DNA from: Pseudomonadota bacterium
GTDB taxonomy: Bacteria; Bdellovibrionota_C; UBA2361; OMII01
DNA: 64,000 nucleotides
NCBI GenBank assembly: GCA_039799965.1
Contig: JBDLRS010000092.1
Location: 3,108-67,107 of the forward strand
Direction: 5' to 3'
Shown: in pieces, positions 18,090-27,228 of the stretch
How the letters are laid out: the number at the start of each line of letters is the position of its first letter
Position numbering within the stretch: position 1 is the first letter of the stretch
Position numbers and translations under genes: made by a program
Notes under the pieces: model-generated
What the model was told of the DNA's origin: nothing
What the model saw: the letters and a program-made list of their open reading frames with translations, nothing else
The model's database searches: none

Positions 18090-19070
18090 ATGTATCCGCA
18101 AACTCGCCTTCGTCGACTTCGCAGCACTCGAGCACTCCGAGAGATGGTCCGTGAGACCCGCCTCGAGGTCTCCAACATGATCGCTCCGCTCTTTGTGGTC
18201 CCAGGCGAGAAGGTACACCGCGAGATAAGGTCGATGCCGGGTCAGTACAACTTCAGCGTCGACACCGCCACCGAGAAGGCGATCGCGTTGTATGAGCTCG
18301 GTATCAGCTCAGTCTTACTCTTCGCGATACCTGAGTTTAAGGATGATGTAGGATCATCCGCGTGGCATCCACAGGGGATTATCCCCAAGGCGATCAAGTC
18401 GATCAAGAAGGCCGTTCCCGAGATGATGGTGGTGACCGACCTCTGCTTTTGTGAGTACACAAGTCACGGTCATTGCGGCGTTATGCACGATGGGAAGCTC
18501 TGCAACGACGAGACCCTCCCCAATCTTCTGAAGCAAGCGCTCACTCACGCGGAAGCCGGAGCTGACATCATCGCCCCAAGTGGGATGCTCGATGGAACGA
18601 TCGGCTTCCTGAGACACGGGCTCGACGAGAACCACTACTCAGAGGTTCCGTTGATGAGCTACGCGGCTAAATTCGCCTCATCGTTCTACGGCCCCTTCCG
18701 CGACGCCGTGCAGTCAGCTCCTGAGTATGGAGACCGAAAAACCTACCAGATGGATCCCGGCAATATCCGTGAGGCTATCCGGGAGGTTGAGCTCGACGTC
18801 CAAGAGGGAGCAGACATCGTGATGGTGAAACCAGCCCTGGCCTTCCTTGATGTTATTAAGGCCGTCAAGGATACCTTTCAAATGCCCACAGCCGCATACA
18901 ACGTGAGTGGCGAATACGCGATGGTGAAAGCTGCCGCGAAGATGGGATGGCTCGATGAGAAGCGCGTGATGCTTGAGTCGTTGACCAGCATAAAGCGGGC
19001 GGGCGCCGACATCATCATCACCTACTTCGCCGAGGCGTTTGCTGAGTTGCGCAAGCGAGGTGAGGCTTAG
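18090..19070 (+). CDS. hemB: Porphobilinogen synthase
   Basis: R.RRLR, DLCFCEYTSHGHCG, APSGM.DG, YAAKFASSFYGPFRDA, MVKP, YNVSGEY. Confidence 0.97.
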   Translation: MYPQTRLRRLRSTRALREMVRETRLEVSNMIAPLFVVPGEKVHREIRSMPGQYNFSVDTATEKAIALYELGISSVLLFAIPEFKDDVGSSAWHPQGIIPKAIKSIKKAVPEMMVVTDLCFCEYTSHGHCGVMHDGKLCNDETLPNLLKQALTHAEAGADIIAPSGMLDGTIGFLRHGLDENHYSEVPLMSYAAKFASSFYGPFRDAVQSAPEYGDRKTYQMDPGNIREAIREVELDVQEGADIVMVKPALAFLDVIKAVKDTFQMPTAAYNVSGEYAMVKAAAKMGWLDEKRVMLESLTSIKRAGADIIITYFAEAFAELRKRGEA

Positions 19071-19251
19071 CAGGGTGGTGAAAAATGATTTCCTGTTGCG
19101 CATTTCGATAGTTTGACTGCAACTTCGTTGGTGCCGCCGAAAAAATCCTCAACGTACCTCAGTGGATACGCCTCCGGTTTTTTCGTCGTCTCCGCCTCGT
19201 TTCCTCAAAACTCTCAAAATGCTCACGACGGAACCATTTTTCACCACCCTG
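19071..19251. mobile_element. MITE-like element (181 bp)
   Basis: Perfect 17-bp terminal inverted repeats CAGGGTGGTGAAAAATG (19071-19087 / 19235-19251), flanked by TTAG on both sides. Confidence 0.75.
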
Positions 19252-19284
19252 TTAGCTTAATTTGTACAACCCATTGGGTTAATA

Positions 19285-19464
19285 ATCCTACATTCGGCAG
19301 TTGCGGGTCTGAAAATGGCGCATCTGATTAAAACCACTTTGTTTTTTGAATTTTCGGTGCTCACTCTGACGGTGCCAGGGTTGCGCCTTCCGAAAAGTTC
19401 AAAATACTTCGTGCTTTTAGCCACCTGCACCATTTTCATCCTCCTTACCTGCCGAATGTAGGTT
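19285..19464. mobile_element. Second MITE-like element (about 180 bp)
   Basis: Perfect 14-bp IR CCTACATTCGGCAG (19287-19300 / 19449-19462) extending inward imperfectly for about 50 bp; TA on both sides. Confidence 0.6.
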
Positions 19465-19531
19465 TACAAGTCCTACCGGCCTATCCCCTCCTCCAAAAAT
19501 CGGATATGTAACCCCTCACATTTGTAAAGGA

Positions 19532-20530
19532 ATGCGTATGACCAACGAAACAATCGCCATCCGTCACGACTGGACTCGAGAGGAAGCTTCCTCGATCTAC
19601 TCACAACCGTTCCCCGACCTCCTCCATCAAGCGCAGACAGTGCACCGCGCTACATTTAATCCCTGTGAGGTTCAACGTTCGACCCTCCTCTCCGTCAAGA
19701 CCGGGGGCTGCCCTGAGGATTGCGCCTACTGCCCACAATCGGCTCATTACAAGACCGGAGTTGAGCGCCATGCGGTACTTCCGCCAGAAGTGGTGCGTTC
19801 AAAGGCCCTTCAAGCGAAGGAGCAAGGGTCGACCCGTTTCTGTATGGGCGCCGCATGGCGAGAGGTAAAGGACGGAAAAGATTTTGACGCTATCCTTGAT
19901 CTCGTGCGCGAGGTAAAGGGTCTCGACATGGAGGTGTGCTGCACACTCGGAATGCTCACCGAGTCACAAGCGCAACGACTTCGTGAAGCTGGATGCTACG
20001 CGTACAACCATAACCTCGACACCTCGCCTGAGTACTACGGCGAGATCATCTCAACCCGCACCTATGAGGACCGCCTCAATACCCTGCGGAACGTGCGAAA
20101 GGCCGGAATGACCGTATGCTGCGGTGGTATTGTTGGCATGGGAGAGAAGGCGGACGATCGTCTTGGACTCCTCGTTCAACTCGCTACGCAAGAGGTGCAT
20201 CCTGAAAGCGTACCTCTCAATATGCTCGTGCGCGTAGAGGGAACCCCTCTCGCGGAGGGCGAAAAGGTCGATCCACTGGAGTTCGTTCGTCTCGTAGCAA
20301 CAGCTCGCATCATGATGCCATACTCGATGGTTCGCCTCTCAGCCGGACGCACCGAGATGTCGGATGAGATGCAAGCACTCTGCTTCGTTGCTGGCGCGAA
20401 CTCTATCTTCGCTGGCGAGAAGCTTCTTACGACTCCGAACCCAGGAGAGGACCACGACAACAAGCTCATGAAGCGGCTCGGTATGAGCTTCCGTGAGCAT
20501 AAGGAGTGTCATTCCTCGATTGCGGCGTAG
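19532..20530 (+). CDS. bioB: Biotin synthase
   Basis: [15 protein letters not shown] radical SAM motif, [28 protein letters not shown]. Confidence 0.97.
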   Translation: MRMTNETIAIRHDWTREEASSIYSQPFPDLLHQAQTVHRATFNPCEVQRSTLLSVKTGGCPEDCAYCPQSAHYKTGVERHAVLPPEVVRSKALQAKEQGSTRFCMGAAWREVKDGKDFDAILDLVREVKGLDMEVCCTLGMLTESQAQRLREAGCYAYNHNLDTSPEYYGEIISTRTYEDRLNTLRNVRKAGMTVCCGGIVGMGEKADDRLGLLVQLATQEVHPESVPLNMLVRVEGTPLAEGEKVDPLEFVRLVATARIMMPYSMVRLSAGRTEMSDEMQALCFVAGANSIFAGEKLLTTPNPGEDHDNKLMKRLGMSFREHKECHSSIAA

Positions 20531-20784
20531 GAAAAGGCCGCACCTCTTGGCATCTCGGCTGTGCAGGACCGTACATGGGAGCGCGATCTCCCTCTCGGTT
20601 GTGCGACTCATGGCGGGTACAACAAGCCAAAATCACGTCAAGTAGTTATACCCCCGAGCGTTACGAGCCGCCCAACCCCCCTATTACAAACTGACACACG
20701 CCCCAAATCCTCAAGGAGTCCCGCAACGATACCGATACCTCCGGTGTCTTAAAAAAAGGGGGCGGACACCCCTCAGGAGCTACC

Positions 20785-21252
20785 GTGACAGAGATGCACG
20801 CCCAGGAAACAAAGCCGACAAGAGCTCGCTTCTCACACCTATTCGACACCGTAATGGAGATATCGGTGAGTACTCTGCCCCTTGTCTTGGTGGTGCTCGG
20901 TATCGGGATGATGAGCTTTTCGCCGCGAAGGAGCTCCGTCCCCCTCTTCCGTTCCTCGCAAGAGGCTCAGCAATTCTACGCTCAAAACGGCATGCGATTT
21001 TCCTACGAGAAGCCGATCGTCCTTGTAGCCTCGACCTGTTCAACGTGTTCCACGCTGACTGGAACTCTCAAGGAGCTTGGAATCCCATTTGAGGAACACG
21101 ATGTACAAACCGAGCAAGGCGCCGCGGCGCTCATCAAACAGGCCATTAAGGTATCGGGGACGCAAACACTTCCGCAGGTCGTCATCGGCGACCACCTCGT
21201 TAACCCCGCCCCACACTCGGTTAAGATTGCGCTCCGAAGACTTAACAAGTAG
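20785..21252 (+). CDS. Membrane-anchored glutaredoxin/NrdH-like protein
   Basis: TM helix, CSTC, L..LGIPFEEHDV, TLPQVVIG. Confidence 0.75.
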   Translation: MTEMHAQETKPTRARFSHLFDTVMEISVSTLPLVLVVLGIGMMSFSPRRSSVPLFRSSQEAQQFYAQNGMRFSYEKPIVLVASTCSTCSTLTGTLKELGIPFEEHDVQTEQGAAALIKQAIKVSGTQTLPQVVIGDHLVNPAPHSVKIALRRLNK

Positions 21253-21399
21253 GGGTCTCTGATACCTCCTCAACAGATCAACGAAGCCAGCAACTTATCG
21301 GATAGTTCGACTCGTCCTGCGGGTTTACTCCCCGACCATAATTCGGCACTATAGAGGGGCCAAAAACCTCTACCAGCCGGCTGTCGGCACAGGACCTAC

Positions 21400-24300
21400 A
21401 TGAGTCAAGAGAACACCTTTCGTAAGGTTGAGTCCCGTCCAAACCTTCCCTCCCTTGAGAACGGCGTCGTCGAACGGTGGCAGCGAGACAACACCTTCCA
21501 GCGCTCCGTTACCGGCAACGCCTCGAAGCCGGAATTCATCCTATACGACGGTCCTCCCTTCCCAACCGGAAGCCCCCACCACGGAACTATCTTCGTCTCG
21601 ATCTTAAAGGACGTCGTCGGCCGCTACAAAACGATGCGTGGATACCACGTACCACGCACCTGGGGATGGGACTGTCACGGTTTGCCGATCGAGACGATCG
21701 CTGAAAAGAATCTCGCCCTCAAGGATAAGAGCGAGATCGAACGTACTGTTGGGGTCGCCGCCTTTAACGCTGAGTGTCGCCGCATCGTGTCCGAATTTAA
21801 TGACGCGTGGAAGAGGTACATCAACCGTATCGGGCGCTGGGTCGATATGGACAACGCCTACAAAACTCTCGACAGATCGTTCATGGAGTCTGTAATCTGG
21901 GCATTCGGAGAGGCGCACAAAAAGGGACTCATCTACAAAGACTACCGAGTAGCACCGTACTGCTACCGATGTGAAACCCCACTCTCCTTCTCTGAGATCC
22001 GTGTTGATGACGCCACCCGTCCAAAACAGGACCGCACGATAACTGTGAAATTCGCGCTCAAAGGCATGGACGGCGTATCCGCGCTCGCCTGGACCACTAC
22101 GCCGTGGACCCTGCCATCAAACTTAGCGCTCGCCGTCGGTAAAGAGATCGAGTACGTCATCGCCGATACCAACGCCGGTCGTGTGCTCCTCGCGAGAAAT
22201 GCCCTCAAGCGCTACGAGCGAGAGCTTGGGAAAGAGCCAACGATCATCGCGACCCACACAGGGGCGGAGCTCGTTGAGAGGACCATAACCTATGAGCCGC
22301 TCCTTCCGTACTTCAAGGATGAAAAGAACGCGTTCCGAATAATCTCCGCTGATTTCGTCTCAACCGAGGATGGAACAGGTATCGTTCATATGGCTCCAGC
22401 GTTCGGTGAGGACGACTACTGGGCGTGCCGCAAATACCAGATCGAGGTTAAGAACCCCGTTAACTCAAACGGATGTTTCACCGCTGAGGTTACGGATTTT
22501 ATCGGACAGAATGTGCACGACGCAAACTCAGCGATCATCAAGGTGCTCAAGGAACAGGGAAAGGTCGTTCGGGACGAAACGATCGAGCACAACTACCCAC
22601 ACTGCTGGCGTTGCCGTACCCCTCTCATCTACCGCGCGCTCGACGCGTGGTACCTTAAAGTTGAGCAGATCCGCGACCGACTCATTCAAACAAACGAAGA
22701 GATAAACTGGTATCCAGCAACCGTGAAGCACGGGCGTTTTGGAAACTGGCTTGAAAACGCGCGAGACTGGAACCTTTCCCGTAACCGGTACTGGGCGACC
22801 CCGATCCCGGTATGGGAGTGTGGCGATTGTGGCAACCAAAAGGTGTACGGAATCGTTTCCGAGCTTGAGAAAGACGCCGGCGTGAAGCTAGCGGACCTCC
22901 ACAAGGAGCACCTCGACGCGGTTGAGGTACCGTGCTCATGCGGCAAGAAGCTCACGCGTGTACCGGAGGTTCTCGATTGTTGGTTCGAGTCAGGCTCGAT
23001 GCCGTACGGACAGTTCCACTATCCGTTCGAGAACGCTGAGTACTTCCTCTCTCATTTTCCGGCGGATTTCATTGTCGAGTACACCGGTCAGATCAGATGT
23101 TGGTTCTACTACCTCCACGTACTCTCGACCGCGATCTTCGACAAGCCCGCGTTCAAGAACTGCATGGTTCATGGAACGCTGCTTGCGGCCGATGGAAAGA
23201 AGATCTCGAAAAGCCTCAAAAACTACACCGATCCGTTTGAGCTAATGGACAAACACGGCGCGGATGCTCTTCGCGCGTACCTCTTTACCTCCTCAGCGGT
23301 CGGCATCGAGGACCTCTCATTCCGAGATGAGGGCGTTGAGAGCATGGTGAAGTCGATCATGCTTCCGATCTGGAACGCGCTCTCGTTCTTCACCTCGTAC
23401 ACCGAGGTCGATCACATCGCGCCTCAGGATATCGGTCTTGAAGGGAGGGAGCTGAGCGAACTGGACCACTTCATCCTATCCGAGGCGGAGATCCTCAAAC
23501 GCTCCGCTACCGAATACCTTGAGACCTATCGAATTAATGAGTCTATGCGACTGTTTTCACCGTTCCTCGATACGCTCAACAACTGGTACATTCGACGAAG
23601 CCGTGAGCGTGTGTGGTCGGACGATCCACGCTCTCCAGAGAAGCTCGCGTTCTACGCTACCCTCTTCGATGTCTTAAAAACCGTATCACAGACCCTTGCC
23701 CCGCTCTGTCCGTTTATCTCGGAGCTCGTGTGGGAGCGTCTTGGGTTCAAGGATAGCGTGCATCTTACGGAGTGGCCGGCGGTTCGTGAATCATTGATTA
23801 ACAACAAGCTCTCCAAGCAGGTCAACCTCATTCGAGCGATGGTGTCTGCCGGATTGTCAGTACGCGCTCGCGAGAAACTTCGCGTACGACTCCCACTCGC
23901 GTCGGCGAAGGTCGCCGTGAAAGAGAACCTTGCGACCGAACTTGAGCCGTATATCCACGTTCTCTGCGGAGAGCTCAACGTGAAGAGGGTTGAGTTTCTA
24001 GCGGACGCCTCCTCTATCGCGACATTGAGCGCCAAGGTAAACGCCCGCGTGCTCGGGCCTCGACTCGGATCTCGAGTTCAAGAGGTGATTCAGAGGGTAC
24101 GTAACGGAGAATTTGAGGTGCTCGGTGAAAACACGATCATGATCGGCGACATCACCCTTAATCCAGGAGAGGTTGAGGTCGGATTCGCCGGCAAGCCAGG
24201 ACTTGCGGTTGAATCAGGAAACGGTTTCGTTGTAGCCCTTGATACGAACGTGACCCCAGAGCTCGCCCTTGAGGGACAGGCTCGTGATCTTGTGCGGGAG

Positions 24301-24513
24301 ATTCAAGATATGCGGAAGGAGGCCGACCTCCACATCGCGGATCGAATCCAGCTCTCTATCCGCGGCGCGGATGAGCTCTTAAAAGCGCATGAGGGATACG
24401 TAAAATCAGAGACACTGTGCATTGAGGTGGCGCCATCTCTCTCGAAGGCGCTTATTGAGCGCTCCGTGAAGGTTGAGGGCAGAGAGATCTCGGTCTCGTT
24501 AGCAAAGGCATAG
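21400..24513 (+). CDS. ileS: Isoleucine-tRNA ligase, type 2
   Basis: YDGPPF, GWDCHGLPIE, WTTTPWTLPSN, GTGIVHMAP, DWNLSRNRYW, KISKS, C-terminal EG.AR.LVR.IQ.MRK of IleRS2. Confidence 0.97.
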   Translation: MSQENTFRKVESRPNLPSLENGVVERWQRDNTFQRSVTGNASKPEFILYDGPPFPTGSPHHGTIFVSILKDVVGRYKTMRGYHVPRTWGWDCHGLPIETIAEKNLALKDKSEIERTVGVAAFNAECRRIVSEFNDAWKRYINRIGRWVDMDNAYKTLDRSFMESVIWAFGEAHKKGLIYKDYRVAPYCYRCETPLSFSEIRVDDATRPKQDRTITVKFALKGMDGVSALAWTTTPWTLPSNLALAVGKEIEYVIADTNAGRVLLARNALKRYERELGKEPTIIATHTGAELVERTITYEPLLPYFKDEKNAFRIISADFVSTEDGTGIVHMAPAFGEDDYWACRKYQIEVKNPVNSNGCFTAEVTDFIGQNVHDANSAIIKVLKEQGKVVRDETIEHNYPHCWRCRTPLIYRALDAWYLKVEQIRDRLIQTNEEINWYPATVKHGRFGNWLENARDWNLSRNRYWATPIPVWECGDCGNQKVYGIVSELEKDAGVKLADLHKEHLDAVEVPCSCGKKLTRVPEVLDCWFESGSMPYGQFHYPFENAEYFLSHFPADFIVEYTGQIRCWFYYLHVLSTAIFDKPAFKNCMVHGTLLAADGKKISKSLKNYTDPFELMDKHGADALRAYLFTSSAVGIEDLSFRDEGVESMVKSIMLPIWNALSFFTSYTEVDHIAPQDIGLEGRELSELDHFILSEAEILKRSATEYLETYRINESMRLFSPFLDTLNNWYIRRSRERVWSDDPRSPEKLAFYATLFDVLKTVSQTLAPLCPFISELVWERLGFKDSVHLTEWPAVRESLINNKLSKQVNLIRAMVSAGLSVRAREKLRVRLPLASAKVAVKENLATELEPYIHVLCGELNVKRVEFLADASSIATLSAKVNARVLGPRLGSRVQEVIQRVRNGEFEVLGENTIMIGDITLNPGEVEVGFAGKPGLAVESGNGFVVALDTNVTPELALEGQARDLVREIQDMRKEADLHIADRIQLSIRGADELLKAHEGYVKSETLCIEVAPSLSKALIERSVKVEGREISVSLAKA

Positions 24514-24672
24514 GGGTCGAAAAGCATAGGGGTCAAAAAGCATCAGGATCGAGACGAAGGATCCGAGAACGCTCGCCTCCCCCGAGATAGAGGGATCTCA
24601 TGGCATCATTGAGGAGCTGAGACCGGCAACGGTCGACGTCCCATGTGTCGATTCAAGGCTTTTGTCCCGACC

Positions 24673-25476
24673 CTACTGCCGTGCCAGCCTACCCGCAATC
24701 CGCGGGCGTTCTGTTCCGGGCAACCACCGCTCAGGGTTGATATCAATTCCACCGCGACGGTTGTAGAGACACCCTACCCACAGTTTTGAGGGGCTAAGAA
24801 CCGAGAGGAGATCCATGAAGATGAGCTCACAACACTCCTCGTGGTATCCTTGGTGACTTCGGTGCGAGAGAAGGTATCCAACCAAGGACGCGTGACTCAG
24901 TTGCTTTCCACGATAGTAAATCGCCACACTCCCCCAATCAGGCTGCACGGTCACCGGGCAGAGGGAACGCAATAAGTGAGAGTGAATCGTCTCCTCCACA
25001 ACCTCCTCGCCAGCGTGCAGACGAAAATCTTGCGCCGCATCGATCTGCGCGCAATCAACGCAGACACCTGGTGCCGAAACGATCGAGAGATCTCGCCACC
25101 GGTCCGATGTCAGGATAGAAACCTCGACCTCTGGACATTGCAAGCGGGAGCGAAGTGAGGTTGCGATGCTCCCTTCAACCTCCGCCAGGGATGAGAACTT
25201 CGTGAAATTGAAACCACCAAGGAAGAGCTTCAAACTTTTTGATTCCACAACGAGCGCCGAACGTGCTGGATACGAGATGGTTGCGATTCCCACCTGTGGG
25301 ATTCCGGAGCTATCAAGCCAAGAAACCTCGAACGCAGTCCACCGATCCAGCCCCTCAAAAGGAAGGGGGTCACGAAGGTTCAGGCGAGTCCGAGATGGTC
25401 CCCGTTCAATCGGGAAGAGGATCGTATCGTCCACGGCATTCCCATAGGGAACGATTTTTCCAAGAGGATTTGACAT
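24673..25476 (-). CDS. queF: 7-cyano-7-deazaguanine reductase (bimodular type)
   Basis: ESKSLKL QueF motif, LLRSLCPVT.QPDWGS, HEECCE, RRGGIDINP. Confidence 0.93.
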   Translation of the reverse strand: MSNPLGKIVPYGNAVDDTILFPIERGPSRTRLNLRDPLPFEGLDRWTAFEVSWLDSSGIPQVGIATISYPARSALVVESKSLKLFLGGFNFTKFSSLAEVEGSIATSLRSRLQCPEVEVSILTSDRWRDLSIVSAPGVCVDCAQIDAAQDFRLHAGEEVVEETIHSHLLRSLCPVTVQPDWGSVAIYYRGKQLSHASLVGYLLSHRSHQGYHEECCELIFMDLLSVLSPSKLWVGCLYNRRGGIDINPERWLPGTERPRIAGRLARQ

Positions 25477-25726
25477 ACGCTGTAAGAACCTACACCCAGG
25501 CAGCGACTCCGTCTATTACTCTCACGGCTCGTACATTCAGCTCGCTAAGTACCAAGAGTCACGAAGCAAAACACCCCGACGAAGAACTCGTCGAGTCTAC
25601 CATCCTCCCATAAAACACCTTATCAAAACAGAGAGATAGCACCCTACTTCGATCTTTTTTGAGCTTAAGATCCGTGGTGAATGGTACGATATTCTCTGCG
25701 AGGGTTCAGAAGACTTTCAAAGGGTT

Positions 25727-26341
25727 ATGACTATCGCTCGCCATCGCGCACCACAAACCGGGGCTCTCTACGTAGAAGCGGCGATGATTCTACCGGTGCT
25801 TCTTCTCGTGGTGTTCGCATCCATCTTCTTCTTTCTCTTGGCGGCGCGTCATTTCTCGCTCCAAATGCTAGCTAACGATATCGCGAAGGACATCAGCCTC
25901 TCCCTTGGACCTCGATTTGGCGTGAATACAGGCACTCGGACCAGTTGCGGAGAGGGCACCGTGGCTTTTCCACCAGTAACCTACCCACCAACCCCCTCCC
26001 CATCCAAGCTCAGTCTGACCACCTTGCTAAGCAGCCGCTACACGATGAACGCGAATGGATGTTGGAGGGTATGGGCTCGAGAGAACTATCTCTTAGCGAC
26101 TCCTCCAAGCGCTGCAGCCCTTCAGGTAACGCTCACAGCGTATCCCAAAACCCAATGGTTCGACTCAATAGCCGCAAACACGCCGTTACCCACCGAGGTG
26201 GCTATCGGTGACTACGTCGAGATTCAACTAAGGTATCCAGCTCAAGCGATCCTGGGAGGAGGGATCGCGATGTTCGGCGCAACCCCTAACATCTCGATCG
26301 TTGGCACAGCGATAGCGGTGTTGGAGCGGCCTACTAGATAA
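25727..26341 (+). CDS. TadE-like minor pilin
   Basis: Prepilin motif G-ALYV-E followed by a hydrophobic helix (AAMILPVLLLVVF). Confidence 0.8.
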   Translation: MTIARHRAPQTGALYVEAAMILPVLLLVVFASIFFFLLAARHFSLQMLANDIAKDISLSLGPRFGVNTGTRTSCGEGTVAFPPVTYPPTPSPSKLSLTTLLSSRYTMNANGCWRVWARENYLLATPPSAAALQVTLTAYPKTQWFDSIAANTPLPTEVAIGDYVEIQLRYPAQAILGGGIAMFGATPNISIVGTAIAVLERPTR

Positions 26342-26358
26342 GATTTTGTTGAGGCTCA

Positions 26359-27228
26359 ATGCGTACCATGCGATTCAAAGAGCGAGGTTATGTGAGACAA
26401 AAGAGGAGCGCCCCCCGAAGAGAGCTCGGAGGAGGTCTCGTGGAGTTTTGCTTTACAATACCGGTTCTCCTGTTGATCGCTGGGGCCACGATCGATCTCT
26501 CACGCTATATGCGCTTCCTCCAAGTGACGACCTTCGTAAGTCAAGAGACCGCCGCTCAGATCTACCGACAGTGCAGCGATATTACGATCTATGAGCCACC
26601 TACACTTGGTACGACGACGCTCTCCATCGATGCCGTCAAAACACAAACGGCCGTGAAAGCCTGCATTGAGCGGGTTCAGGGTGGGGCTCAGCAACTGCTT
26701 ACTAGCACCCTTGGACGCGCCGCCGTTTCCTCGACGGTATTTCGGTGGAATATAGATGATCCAACCGCAACCACCGCATGTGGAGGGGTCGTCACCACAG
26801 CGAATCGTGTAACCGTCATCACCGCGCCAGCAAATGTGAGAAGCACCGGCGTCTCCGCAGAGACCCTTCAGGATATTGACGAGGGAGACTGCGATGAGGA
26901 CGGAGATGGTAATTCCGATTCATCTCCATCGAACGGATCATCTATGTACCGGGGACCGCAATCTACCTCGGACTCGGGCAATCTCAACAATCTTCCGGCA
27001 GGGCTTACAGAATCGGGCATTGAACTCCGAGACAGCGGCATCTATCAAACCAAGAACGGTTCATCATCTGCCGCACGACAACTTGTCTCCACCGCCACCT
27101 TGTGTCAGCGCGGGCGTGTCGCTACCGTAGAGGTTAGTTACGCGTTCGAGCCAGTTGTAAAATTTTTACCCCATATGATGATGAAGCTAAACACCGATGG
27201 TTCACAACGAGAGACAACCGTCCTCTAA
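26359..27228 (+). CDS. TadE/TadF-like minor pilin
   Basis: GGGLVEFCFTIPVLLLIAGATID; C-terminal V.VEV.Y.F.P. Confidence 0.8.
   Translation: MRTMRFKERGYVRQKRSAPRRELGGGLVEFCFTIPVLLLIAGATIDLSRYMRFLQVTTFVSQETAAQIYRQCSDITIYEPPTLGTTTLSIDAVKTQTAVKACIERVQGGAQQLLTSTLGRAAVSSTVFRWNIDDPTATTACGGVVTTANRVTVITAPANVRSTGVSAETLQDIDEGDCDEDGDGNSDSSPSNGSSMYRGPQSTSDSGNLNNLPAGLTESGIELRDSGIYQTKNGSSSAARQLVSTATLCQRGRVATVEVSYAFEPVVKFLPHMMMKLNTDGSQRETTVL

Noticed and set aside
24508-24539. Two 16-bp direct repeats GCATAGGGGTC(G/A)AAAA at the ileS stop
   Set aside because: Only two adjacent copies with no spacers; a local duplication, not CRISPR.
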